Positions 19,014 through 27,751 of a stretch of DNA of 64,000 bases are shown one piece after another; the stretch's first letter is position 1, and each line of letters begins with the position of its first letter. The notes under the pieces are model-generated. The model had not been told where the DNA came from, ran no database searches, and worked only from the letters and a program-made list of their open reading frames with translations. The DNA comes from Candidatus Eiseniibacteriota bacterium (GTDB lineage Bacteria; Eisenbacteria; RBG-16-71-46; CAIMUX01; VGJL01). The position numbers and the translations under genes were made by a program. The DNA lies in contig JBHGAY010000008.1 in assembly GCA_041946735.1 (NCBI GenBank), positions 32,001 through 96,000 of the forward strand, in the 5' to 3' direction.

Positions 19014-19121
19014 GTCGATGGGAGGACCACCGGTCGATGCGAGGACCACTGGCACGGCTGTGGCGCGAAGGCTGGCGGCCGCTCGCGAGGGCTCACAAAG
19101 GCTGGCGGCGGCTCGCGAGGG
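19014..19121. repeat. Two adjacent tandem duplications (19-bp and 30-bp period)
   Basis: gtcgatgggaggaccaccg/gtcgatgcgaggaccactg at 19014-19051. aaggctggcggc(c/g)gctcgcgaggg at 19068 and 19098. Confidence 0.7.
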
Positions 19122-19241
19122 GTTCGCGACGGCGAAGGCTCGGAGATCCGCGGCTGCCCCCGGCCGATCCTTCGGCTAAGATCGGGGCTCGGTCCGAGGG
19201 GCGGGCAAGAGCAGCGGCCGGGCGTGGACCGGGAGGTGTGA

Positions 19242-20390
19242 TTGGCGGAGCGACCGATGACCGAAGGCCGGGCGAGACCGCTTCCCGGAGGGTTCGCCGG
19301 CTACTACTTCGATGCGATCGGTCTCGACGGGCGCCACGTTCTGGTCGCCTGCTGGTACTCGGGCTTCCTCTTCTCCCCGCGTTACTACGACGAGGTGCTG
19401 GAGCTGCGGGACCGCAAAGGCGTGCAGCCCGAGGAGGGAATCGTCCTTGCGGACCCCTCCAACCACGGCGCCTTCTCCCTCGCCCTCTATGACCAGGGCC
19501 GCACCGTCGCATACCTGGTCGCCGAGGAACCGCTCGCTCGCGGCGAGTCCGACCCGTGGTTCCCGGCGCTGCATGCCGGGGAGCCGGGACTGTCCGGCGC
19601 CATGCCGCCCCCCGGAGCGAAGATGGGGATCGGCGACAACCGCGTGACGCGTACCGCCGACGGCGCCTACGAGCTCGAGTTCGCCGACCGCTCGAAGTGG
19701 TTCCGCGCTTCGTTCGAGGGGAAGGTCCGCTTTCGGCCGCTAGGAGGCGCCAGCGCCGTCGTGCCGCTTGCGCCGAGCGGAGGACCCCCTTCCGAGGCGG
19801 AGCAGCATTGGCAGATTCTCTGCTCGCGAGCGGAGGTCACCGGCAAGATCCGCTGGAACGATCCGATCAGCCGCAAGCAGAACTCGCTCGATCTGCAGGC
19901 GCTGGGATACGTCGACCGCAACGCCGGCCGGCTGCCAATCAGCCCTCGCGTGGGTCGCTGGCTCTGGGGGCGCTTCCAGGGCAGCGGCAAGATGCTCGCC
20001 TACTACCGGCTCGACCCGGCGGAGCCGGAGCCGGCGGATGCGAAGAGCGGCCCGCGGCCCGGCCCGCTGAGCTTCCTCTACACGAGCGATCGGGAGCGCG
20101 AAGGTCTCATGCCCGGCGCCCAGATCGTGCCGCACCGCGTCCATCGCAACCGGTGGGGGATGCCGCATCCGCTCGAGATCGAAGGGACGGGCGGTGATCT
20201 CGCTTTCCGCGCGCACACGGTCCGGATCGTCGATCGTGGCCCGTTCTACGTCCGCACCCTCTCCCGCCTTTCCTGCGCGGACCCCTCGCTCGACGGCCTG
20301 CTCGGGATCACCGAGTGCTTCCTCCCCTCGCGATGGGACGTTCCGCTCTACCGCTTGATGGCGCGCGGCCGCATCCGGCGCGGACCGTGA
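19242..20390 (+). CDS. CrtC-like (carotenoid 1,2-hydratase / lipocalin-like fold) protein
   Basis: PGGFAGYYFDAI..DG, LFSPRY, GYVDRNAG, W.WGRF, GPFYVR resemble CrtC blocks. TTG start after GGGAGGTG. Confidence 0.65.
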   Translation: MAERPMTEGRARPLPGGFAGYYFDAIGLDGRHVLVACWYSGFLFSPRYYDEVLELRDRKGVQPEEGIVLADPSNHGAFSLALYDQGRTVAYLVAEEPLARGESDPWFPALHAGEPGLSGAMPPPGAKMGIGDNRVTRTADGAYELEFADRSKWFRASFEGKVRFRPLGGASAVVPLAPSGGPPSEAEQHWQILCSRAEVTGKIRWNDPISRKQNSLDLQALGYVDRNAGRLPISPRVGRWLWGRFQGSGKMLAYYRLDPAEPEPADAKSGPRPGPLSFLYTSDREREGLMPGAQIVPHRVHRNRWGMPHPLEIEGTGGDLAFRAHTVRIVDRGPFYVRTLSRLSCADPSLDGLLGITECFLPSRWDVPLYRLMARGRIRRGP

Positions 20391-20403
20391 GAGAGTCCCT
20401 CCC

Positions 20404-21126
20404 GTGTCTTCGCGGATCCTGATCTTCGACAACGACGGCACGCTCGTCCCCTCGCACCTGGTGGCGAATCCGGCCATCCAGGAGGCGTTCGCCCGCTTCA
20501 GCGAGGAGCGCCGGCTGGGACTACCCGCGCCGAGCGATGCGCGCATCCGCGAGCTGACGGGACAGCCTGGAGACGCGTTCTACCGCGCGCTCCTTCCCGA
20601 ACGGCTGCAGCACCTCGCGGCAGAGCTGCGCAACTTCTGCCTCGATCGGGAGGTCGCGGAGATGCGACGTGCAGCGACCTTCTATCCCGGGATCGAGGAG
20701 ATGCTGCACGCTTGCCGGGCGAGGGGGGACCGGCTCGTGCTGGCAAGCCACGGGGGAGAGCGCTACATCGGAGCGGTCGCGGAGCGGCTGCGCTACGCGG
20801 ATCTCTTCGACCGCGTCTACCACCACGGCTTCGAGGGGATGCAGGAGAAGACGGAGATGGCGCGGCGCGCGCGGAGCGAGCTGGGCCCGGGCCGTCCCGC
20901 CGTCTTTGCCGGAGACCGGCGCGCCGACCTGCTCGCCGCTCGTGCAGCGGGAACGCGGTTCGTCGGCTGCCTCTACGGATACGGCAGCCGCGAGGAGCTG
21001 GAGGGAGCGGACGCGCTTGCCGCCACGCCCGCCGGGCTTGCGGCGATCCTGCTGAATGGAGAAGAGGCGGAAGGTCCTGGCGTCCGTCCAGGGGAGGATC
21101 CCGCCATCAGCGAAGGGGGCGCGTGA
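20404..21126 (+). CDS. HAD-superfamily hydrolase (phosphoglycolate phosphatase-like)
   Basis: LIFDNDGTLV (motif I), FYPGI, AGDRRADL.AA (motif IV), YGYG. Confidence 0.9.
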   Translation: MSSRILIFDNDGTLVPSHLVANPAIQEAFARFSEERRLGLPAPSDARIRELTGQPGDAFYRALLPERLQHLAAELRNFCLDREVAEMRRAATFYPGIEEMLHACRARGDRLVLASHGGERYIGAVAERLRYADLFDRVYHHGFEGMQEKTEMARRARSELGPGRPAVFAGDRRADLLAARAAGTRFVGCLYGYGSREELEGADALAATPAGLAAILLNGEEAEGPGVRPGEDPAISEGGA

Positions 21127-21229
21127 GGGTCCGTTGACAGCGGGCACGCGACGTGCCGGCCCTCACGCGGACTGAGGCGGCGGCCCGCCGGCGCACCCGA
21201 GCCGCCCGGCCAAGTGGAAGGGGGTCGCG

Positions 21230-22321
21230 ATGTCGTTGCAGATGGGGATCGTCGGGCTTCCGAACGTCGGCAAGTCGACCCTGCTGAACGCTCTGACCCG
21301 GGCGCACGCCGAAGCGTCGAACTATCCGTTCTGCACGATCGACAAGAACGTGGGGGCCGCGTCGATCGACGATCCGCTGCTCGAGCGGCTGGCGGCGCGC
21401 CTGCACCCGAAGGAGGTGCTCCCCGCCTCCATCCAGTTCGTCGACATTGCCGGCCTGGTGCGCGGCGCGAGCAAAGGGGAGGGACTCGGCAACCAATTCC
21501 TCGGACACGTCCGCGAGGTCGATGCCCTCGTGCACGTCGTCCGCTGCTTCGACGACGGCTCCATCGTCCATGTGGAGGGTTCGATCGATCCCGTCCGAGA
21601 CGTGGAGCTGGTGGAGACCGAGCTCTTGCTCGCCGACCTCGATGCGGTCGAGCGCCACCGCAGGAAGGTGGAGCACGCAGCGAAGGGGAATCCGAAGAAG
21701 GCGGCCGCCGATCTCGACGCGCTCGAGCGGCTCGCCGAGGACCTGAAGCGGGCCACTCCGCTCCGGCACCGCTCGCTCGAGGCGGAGGAGGCTGAGAAGG
21801 TGCGCGAGCTCTCGCTGCTCTCCGCGAAGCCGGTCGTCTTCCTGGCGAACGTATCGGAGGACGACCCGCGCGGGGAGGGGCCGGCCGTGCGCCGCCTCAG
21901 GGAACGCGTGCAGGGGGAGCCGATCCTGCCGCTCGCGATCCGGATCGAGGAGGAGATGGCGCAGCTCGACGAGCCGGATCGCCTCGCATTCCTCGCCGAC
22001 CTCGGTCTTCCGGCGAAGGGGCTCGACCGCTTGCTCGAAATCTCGCGCGAGCTGCTCGACCTGATCACGTTCTACACGAGCGCGCACGAGAAGCTGCAGG
22101 CGTGGCTGCTGCCGCGCGGGACGAAGGCCCCGCGCGCGGCAGGCCGCATCCACACCGACATGGAGAAGGGGTTCATCCGCGTCGAGGTCTTTCAGCCGGA
22201 CGATCTCGAAACGTTCGGAACGCGCGCCGAGCTGCACAAGCACGGCCGCTTGCGGGTCGAGGGGAAGGAGTACGAGATCCGTGACCGGGACATCTGCCAC
22301 TTCCTCTTCCAGCCGGCTTGA
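21230..22321 (+). CDS. ychF: Redox-regulated ribosome-binding ATPase YchF
   Basis: GIVGLPNVGKST, NYPFCTID, FVDIAGLVRGASKGEGLGNQFL, AAGRIHTD, GRLRVEGKEY. Confidence 0.97.
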   Translation: MSLQMGIVGLPNVGKSTLLNALTRAHAEASNYPFCTIDKNVGAASIDDPLLERLAARLHPKEVLPASIQFVDIAGLVRGASKGEGLGNQFLGHVREVDALVHVVRCFDDGSIVHVEGSIDPVRDVELVETELLLADLDAVERHRRKVEHAAKGNPKKAAADLDALERLAEDLKRATPLRHRSLEAEEAEKVRELSLLSAKPVVFLANVSEDDPRGEGPAVRRLRERVQGEPILPLAIRIEEEMAQLDEPDRLAFLADLGLPAKGLDRLLEISRELLDLITFYTSAHEKLQAWLLPRGTKAPRAAGRIHTDMEKGFIRVEVFQPDDLETFGTRAELHKHGRLRVEGKEYEIRDRDICHFLFQPA

Positions 22322-22534
22322 CGCAGCGTCCGGCCGGATCCCTTGCGCAGGGACCTCTCGCTTTCCCGTTGGCTTGAAGCAGCCGGCTTGATGCCTTTCG
22401 ACCGGCATGACACCGCCCCTGTCATGCGAGCTGACTTATAGGTCTTGAGTCTCTGATTCAGCTTTTCTTCTGGACTACTCCCTCCCGGCTGGTATCCTTC
22501 GAGCGGGCTGACCGTGCGGGTTCCGGGAGGGGAG

Positions 22535-24280
22535 ATGAGTCGTCCCGACGCTGAGCTGGCATTCGATCGATTCGCCGATCGCGTGTTCGACGCGCTGCTC
22601 AGCGGCAACCCGATCCTTGCGACGACGCTGGGGATCCACGGCCCTCACGACTCGATGCTGCCGTCGCGCACGGCATCCGCAGCGCAATCTTCGGAGCGGA
22701 TGCTCACCGAACTCCTGCAGGAGGCCGAGAGCTTCCACGAGCGAGAGCTGTCGATCGAGCGGCTCGTCGATCTTCGCCTCGTGCGGTCCGGCCTTGCCGC
22801 CGCGCTTCTACGCGGGCAAAAGAGACCGCTCTGGCGCGTCTGCCCATGCTCCTACGTCAACGACGCGGTCTACGGACTCTACTCGCTGATGGTCCATGAC
22901 TTCGCTCCGCTGCCCGATCGGGCGAGCGCGGTCGGCGGACGCCTCCATGACGTGCCGCGGCTGCTCGACCAGGGACGGGCGAACGTCGAGAATCCTTCGC
23001 CGGTCTTCACCGAGATGGCGTCGCTCAGCGTCCGTGGAGCGGTTCACTTCCTCGACGAGACGGTGGCGCCCTTCCTGGAGGAGGCGGGCGATGTCGTCCT
23101 CCGCGGCCGGCTGGAGGGGGAACGGGTGCGCGCGCGGGAGGCGTTCCTCAAGTACGGGGAGTGGCTGGAAGCGGACCTGATGCCGCGCAGCAACGGACGG
23201 TTCGCGATCGGACGGAGCGCGTACGAGCGCCTCATGATCGAGGAGCAGGGCCTGCGCTGGACGACCGATCAGCTGATCGCGCTCGGACAGAGGATCTATA
23301 CGGAGACGCTGCGCGAGTCGAAGCGGGTCGCCTCCCGCCTCCTGCCCGGCAAGCCGTGGAGCCGCGTGTTCGAGGCGATCAAGACCGAGCATCCGGAGCC
23401 GGAAGGGCTGCTCTCGAGCTACGCGGCGGAAGTGGCCCGGGCGAAGGCGTTCCTGCAGCAGCACGACCTGATCACGATCCCGGAGGACGAGTCGATTTCG
23501 ATCGCCGCGACCCCCGACTTCGCGCGGCCGCTGATCCCGTATGCCGGCTACGTCGGACCGGCGCCCTTCGAGGGCGAGACCGCCGGCACGTTCTGGGTGA
23601 CGACGCCCGACCCGAATCTCGATGAGGGCCACCAGCTCTCGCAGATGAAGGGTCACTCCTATCCGCGGATCACGGTCACCTCGATCCACGACGGCTACCC
23701 GGGGCACCATGTGCAGGCGCTGCATGCCAATCGCCGGACCGACCGGAAGCTGCGCCTGCTCTTTCCCTGCAGCACGATGGTCGAGGGGTGGGCGCTCTAC
23801 TGCGAGGAGATGATGTACGGGCAGGGGTTCTTCCGGAGCGAGAAGGTCCGCCTGCTCCAGCTTCGCGATCTCCTCTGGCGCGCGTGCCGGGTCATCATCG
23901 ACATCGAGCTGCAGACCGGACGAATGGGATTCAACGAGGCAGTCTCCTTCCTGGTGCGCAAGGCGCATCTCGAGCGGCCGAGCGCGGTCGCGGAGGTCCG
24001 CCGGCACTGCGCGTATCCCACGCAGCCGATGAGCTACATCGCGGGGAAGGCTCTGATCGAGGAGCTTCTGCGGGACTATCGTGCGGCGCGGGGCTCCCGC
24101 TTCCGCCTGCGCGAGTTCCACGACGATCTGCTCTCCCATGGGCCGATCCCGATCGATCTGATCCGGCTGGAGATGGGGATCGAGCGGCGCCCCCGCGGCC
24201 GGCCGGGCCGGGCGCCGCTGGAGCGGGCGGAGCCTGCGCGGTCGCGCACGTCAGCCGGCGGACGCAGCCTCTCGGGCTGA
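22535..24280 (+). CDS. DUF885 family protein (putative metallopeptidase-like), no signal peptide
   Basis: ATTLGIH..D, HDGYPGHHVQ, EGWALYCEE, LWRACRVIIDI, PTQPMSY..G, FHDDLLSHG. Confidence 0.88.
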   Translation: MSRPDAELAFDRFADRVFDALLSGNPILATTLGIHGPHDSMLPSRTASAAQSSERMLTELLQEAESFHERELSIERLVDLRLVRSGLAAALLRGQKRPLWRVCPCSYVNDAVYGLYSLMVHDFAPLPDRASAVGGRLHDVPRLLDQGRANVENPSPVFTEMASLSVRGAVHFLDETVAPFLEEAGDVVLRGRLEGERVRAREAFLKYGEWLEADLMPRSNGRFAIGRSAYERLMIEEQGLRWTTDQLIALGQRIYTETLRESKRVASRLLPGKPWSRVFEAIKTEHPEPEGLLSSYAAEVARAKAFLQQHDLITIPEDESISIAATPDFARPLIPYAGYVGPAPFEGETAGTFWVTTPDPNLDEGHQLSQMKGHSYPRITVTSIHDGYPGHHVQALHANRRTDRKLRLLFPCSTMVEGWALYCEEMMYGQGFFRSEKVRLLQLRDLLWRACRVIIDIELQTGRMGFNEAVSFLVRKAHLERPSAVAEVRRHCAYPTQPMSYIAGKALIEELLRDYRAARGSRFRLREFHDDLLSHGPIPIDLIRLEMGIERRPRGRPGRAPLERAEPARSRTSAGGRSLSG

Positions 24281-24390
24281 TCCGTTTTCGCGGAGGCCCT
24301 GCCGCGCCCGGAGCGGCGTCACGGTTGCGCGCCTGCTCGACGCTCGTCCTTCCCAGCGATCCCTCAAGCAGCCGCCTGCGCAGGCCGATC

Positions 24391-25125
24391 ATGGGACCGA
24401 TGCCCACGCGCGCCCGCTCCTCGGTACCGCCCGTTGCCGTCGTCGCCCTCGGCGATCTTCGTATGGGGGACGACGGCGTCGCCTTGCGCGTGATGGGCCG
24501 CGTCCGTCCCCTGCTCGGCGAAATCGCGCTCACCGGTTGCGAGCCGACGCCGGACCTTCCGAAGAAGGGCAGCCGCCGGATCGCGTTCTACGGAGGTTCC
24601 GGGGACGGCTCGCGCCGGGTGCTGACGCGCAAGGACCTCCAGGCGCTCGCCGCGCGCCGCGCAGCATCGAAAGGTCCGAAGCCGCTCTGCCGCGTGGTCG
24701 ACTGGGTCGAAGGACGGACATCGATCGAGGCGGTCCGACCCCACCTGCGCGACCGCAAGCGCGTCGTGCTGATCGACGCGATCGCGACCGGAGTGAGCCC
24801 GGGGACCGTGCGCCACTGGCATCTCGAGAGGACGAAGAAGCGCGATCTCAGCGTGATCCGCTTCTACCAGCCGGTCCCGATCGAAGCGCACGACCACCTC
24901 TGCTTCTGGATGGAGGACGACCTTCCCCCTCATGGGACCGATCTGATCGCGATCGAGCCGTATCGGATCGCTCCGGGGGACCAGCTCTCCGCCGTCCTGC
25001 GCTCCCGCCTGGCGGCGATCACGTCGCAGGTCGGCGGGCTGCTCCTCCGGATTCTCGAGGAGGAGGGCTGGCGCTTCGACGAAGAGCCGCGGCCTGCCCG
25101 GCGCGGGGCTTCGCGCACCGCCTGA
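24391..25125 (+). CDS. Divergent hydrogenase maturation protease-like protein (HycI/HoxW, peptidase A31)
   Basis: VAVVALGDLRMGDDGVALRV, VVLIDAI..G..PG, LIAIEP...G..LS, with a basic insertion of about 45 aa. Confidence 0.6.
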   Translation: MGPMPTRARSSVPPVAVVALGDLRMGDDGVALRVMGRVRPLLGEIALTGCEPTPDLPKKGSRRIAFYGGSGDGSRRVLTRKDLQALAARRAASKGPKPLCRVVDWVEGRTSIEAVRPHLRDRKRVVLIDAIATGVSPGTVRHWHLERTKKRDLSVIRFYQPVPIEAHDHLCFWMEDDLPPHGTDLIAIEPYRIAPGDQLSAVLRSRLAAITSQVGGLLLRILEEEGWRFDEEPRPARRGASRTA

Positions 25126-25296
25126 TCGGATCCTCGTCCGCCCATCCGAATACCTGTCGCGCCGACTTTGCGAGTGCCGCCCGCGCCGCCCGAACCGCTC
25201 GCGCCGCTTTGGCGCGTGGCGCTGGCGCATTTGCTACCATCCCCGCGGCCCGTTCCGCGACTTCCGATCGCTGGGATCACGAAGGAGGGATCGATC

Positions 25297-26175
25297 ATGG
25301 ATCCGAACGCCGATCCGCCGGCCCCGAAGCCTGGCGAGCCGCTCACGATGCCCGTCCCGCCGCCGGACGGGATGGAGGAGGTGCGGAGGCGCCACGAGGC
25401 GAATCGCGCGAGCTGGAACGAGGCGGCCGAGCGCTACCGCGAGGAGATCGAGGAGACGATCCGGTTTCTGCGGGAGGGCCGTAGCAATCTCCATCCGATC
25501 GAGCGGCGGAACCTCGGGGAGTTGCGGCGGTGGTGCCGGCGGGCGATCCATCTGCAATGCGCTTCGGGGCGCGACACACTCTCCCTCGTCAACGAGGGGG
25601 TCGCCGAGGTGGCAGGGGTCGACATCTCCGACCTACACATCGAGAACGCGAGAAGGACGAGCGAGGCGCTCGGAATCCCGGCGCGATGGTTCCGGTGCGA
25701 CGTGCTCGAGACGCCGCACGAGCTGGACGGCTGGGCGGACCTCGTCTACACGGGACGCGGCGCCGTCTGCTGGATGCACGACCTCGACGCCTGGGCGGCG
25801 GTCGCGTACCGCTTGCTCCGGAAGGGGGGAGTGTTCCACGTGTTCGACGGCCATCCCTCCACCTACCTGTTCGACTTCGACGCGAGCGAGGTGCGATGGA
25901 GCGGGCTCCACTACTTCCGCTACTGCGAGGTCTCGCGCGGCTGGTCGCCCGGTTATCTCGGCAATCTCGGCAAGCCGGTAGAGGAAGAGGCGCCGAAGTA
26001 CGAGCGGCTCTGGACGATCGCTGACGTCTTCATGGCGCTCCGGGGAGCCGGCTTCGACGTCGAGCGGATCGGCGAGCACCCCGATCCGTACTTCAACGCG
26101 TTTCCGAATCTCTCCGCAGATGCCTGTGCGCGGTTGCCAATGACCTTCTCCGTTCTCGCCCGCCGGCCGCGATAG
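25297..26175 (+). CDS. Class I SAM-dependent methyltransferase
   Basis: EANRASWNE, IHLQCASGRDTLSL, GVDIS, DLVYTGRGAVCW, LLRKGG...DGHP. ATG after GAAGGAGG. Confidence 0.9.
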   Translation: MDPNADPPAPKPGEPLTMPVPPPDGMEEVRRRHEANRASWNEAAERYREEIEETIRFLREGRSNLHPIERRNLGELRRWCRRAIHLQCASGRDTLSLVNEGVAEVAGVDISDLHIENARRTSEALGIPARWFRCDVLETPHELDGWADLVYTGRGAVCWMHDLDAWAAVAYRLLRKGGVFHVFDGHPSTYLFDFDASEVRWSGLHYFRYCEVSRGWSPGYLGNLGKPVEEEAPKYERLWTIADVFMALRGAGFDVERIGEHPDPYFNAFPNLSADACARLPMTFSVLARRPR

Positions 26176-26370
26176 CCAAGATTTTCGCCGCCGAGGCGAA
26201 TCTTCCTTCGCAAGTTCGTTGTCCGGATGCTACTATCGACGGTTCGCTTCCTTGCGCCTTGCTCGACTGCCGAGCGGGGAGGCTCTCCTCCTCACGCCGA
26301 TCGAGCCGGCGCGACCGGGAACCGCGGCCGCCGGTCCCTTCGACTTCCGGGATGCAAAGGGAGTAGATCG

Positions 26371-27453
26371 ATGATGACGATGCGACCGCGCCTCCGCTTC
26401 GCCCTGCCCGCCCGTCTGGCTTCCCTCGCGACTCTCTGTCTGCTCATCGTCGCCGCCGCCAGCGTTCCCGCCGCGCGCGCGGGCGTTCCTCGCGTCATGG
26501 TCGGGGAGGACTTCGGCGCCACCTGGTGACTCTACTGCCTCTATGCCCGGTGCGGGCTTCAGGAAGTGCAGGAGGAGATGGGGCAGGAGATGGTGCATTG
26601 GGAGCTGCACCTCGCCGACGTGTTCGAGATTCCGGAGACGATCGCGCGCGCCGACTTCTACGAGCTGTACGGCCATCCTTACGTCCTGATCGATGGGACG
26701 ATCGGCGCCTTCGGGGCTCTCGACTGCGCGACCGCCGCCGACACCTACCGTCAGATGGTCCAGCAGCGGATCGAGGAAACCGGAGGGATGAGCCCGGTGG
26801 CGATCCAGGGAAGCTGGACGGTCGAGAACGGGACGATCTCGCTGCGTGCCGTGCATCGCGCTGTCGATCCGATGCCCGGATACCCGCTGCGGGCCACCTT
26901 CCTGATCTACGAGGACGGGATCCCGTGGTGTTGCGGGCACGGGCAGGACGTCTGGGACGGAGTGGTGCGACGAATTCGCGACATTCCGGTCGAGCTTGCC
27001 GCTCCCGGCGATTCCGTGGTCGTCACGGCCGAAGTGCCGGTCGAGGCGGACTGGAACGTCGACAGCCTGCACGCCGTCGCCTACCTGCAGGGCTCGGACC
27101 GGGACCGCGACATCCTGCAAGCCACCGTGCTCATCCGCGAACTGCCGGCGTTCGCGGCGGATCCTGGCGCAATGGCAGGGAAGAGCCGGTTTCTGACCCT
27201 GCCGAATCCGCTCCGGCCGGGTTCCCCGGTCTCGTTTCTCGTCTCGGAGCGTGCGGCGGGCTGGCCATTGCGCCTCGAGCTGTTCGACGCCGCCGGCCGC
27301 CTGCTCTACGAGCATCACGAGGGGGAGGCGGCCGCTGGCGTCCGCTCCTGGACGATCCCGCTGGACTTCCCGCGGAACCATCACGGAGTTTCGTTTCTGC
27401 GCCTCTCGACGCGTGACGGCGCGGTGGCGCGCAAGATCGTGCGCCTGGACTGA
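26371..27453 (+). CDS. Probable selenoprotein: secreted Omp28/thioredoxin-like protein (UxxC) with a T9SS-like C-terminal domain; in-frame TGA at 26527-26529
   Basis: ORFs 26227..26529 and 26566..27453 share a frame. Read-through gives signal peptide-VPRVMVGEDFGATW-U-LYC..., GHPYVLIDG (cis-Pro loop), LIYED..DGVVR..WN..LHAVAYLQ..ILQA (Omp28-like), then PNP...DAAGR...RKIVRLD. Confidence 0.8.
26530..26563 (+). promoter_or_regulatory. Candidate bacterial SECIS element
   Basis: CCT-ctat-GCCCG-GTG-CGGGC-ttc-AGG: 5-bp GC upper stem (26545-26557) with a G-starting apical loop about 20 nt after the UGA. Confidence 0.55.
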
Positions 27454-27751
27454 TGCCGCGCGCCGCGGCCACGCGGCTGGCGGCGCGCCACTCGCGATGA
27501 CGCGCTCGTAATGTATAAGCGACGATCGCGCGATCGCCTCATCCGTTTCCCGTGTGGCTTCTTCTCCGCTCCCTCCGCGGGATCGACATACGAATTCCTG
27601 TTGCCGTTCGGCAGGCGCGGTGCCCTATAGTGCTCGGTTCCGACGCGGAGCGCCGAAGCCGTAGAGGATCTAGCCACTCCGAGGACCTCCTCCCCGCAAC
27701 TCCGCTCCGCTGCATGCGACCATCCCCCCTCGCTCAGGAGGCAAGAACGGA

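Noticed and set aside
26527..26529. Genome-wide UGA reassignment (genetic code 4 or 25)
   Set aside because: Many conserved genes here end at TGA at their expected C-termini (ychF, atpF, gntK, the M16 catalytic subunit).
26526..27416. Alternative-frame ORF, or a frameshift explanation for the split at 26527
   Set aside because: The translation is low-complexity. In-frame read-through of the TGA restores a coherent WxxxC thioredoxin motif without any frameshift.
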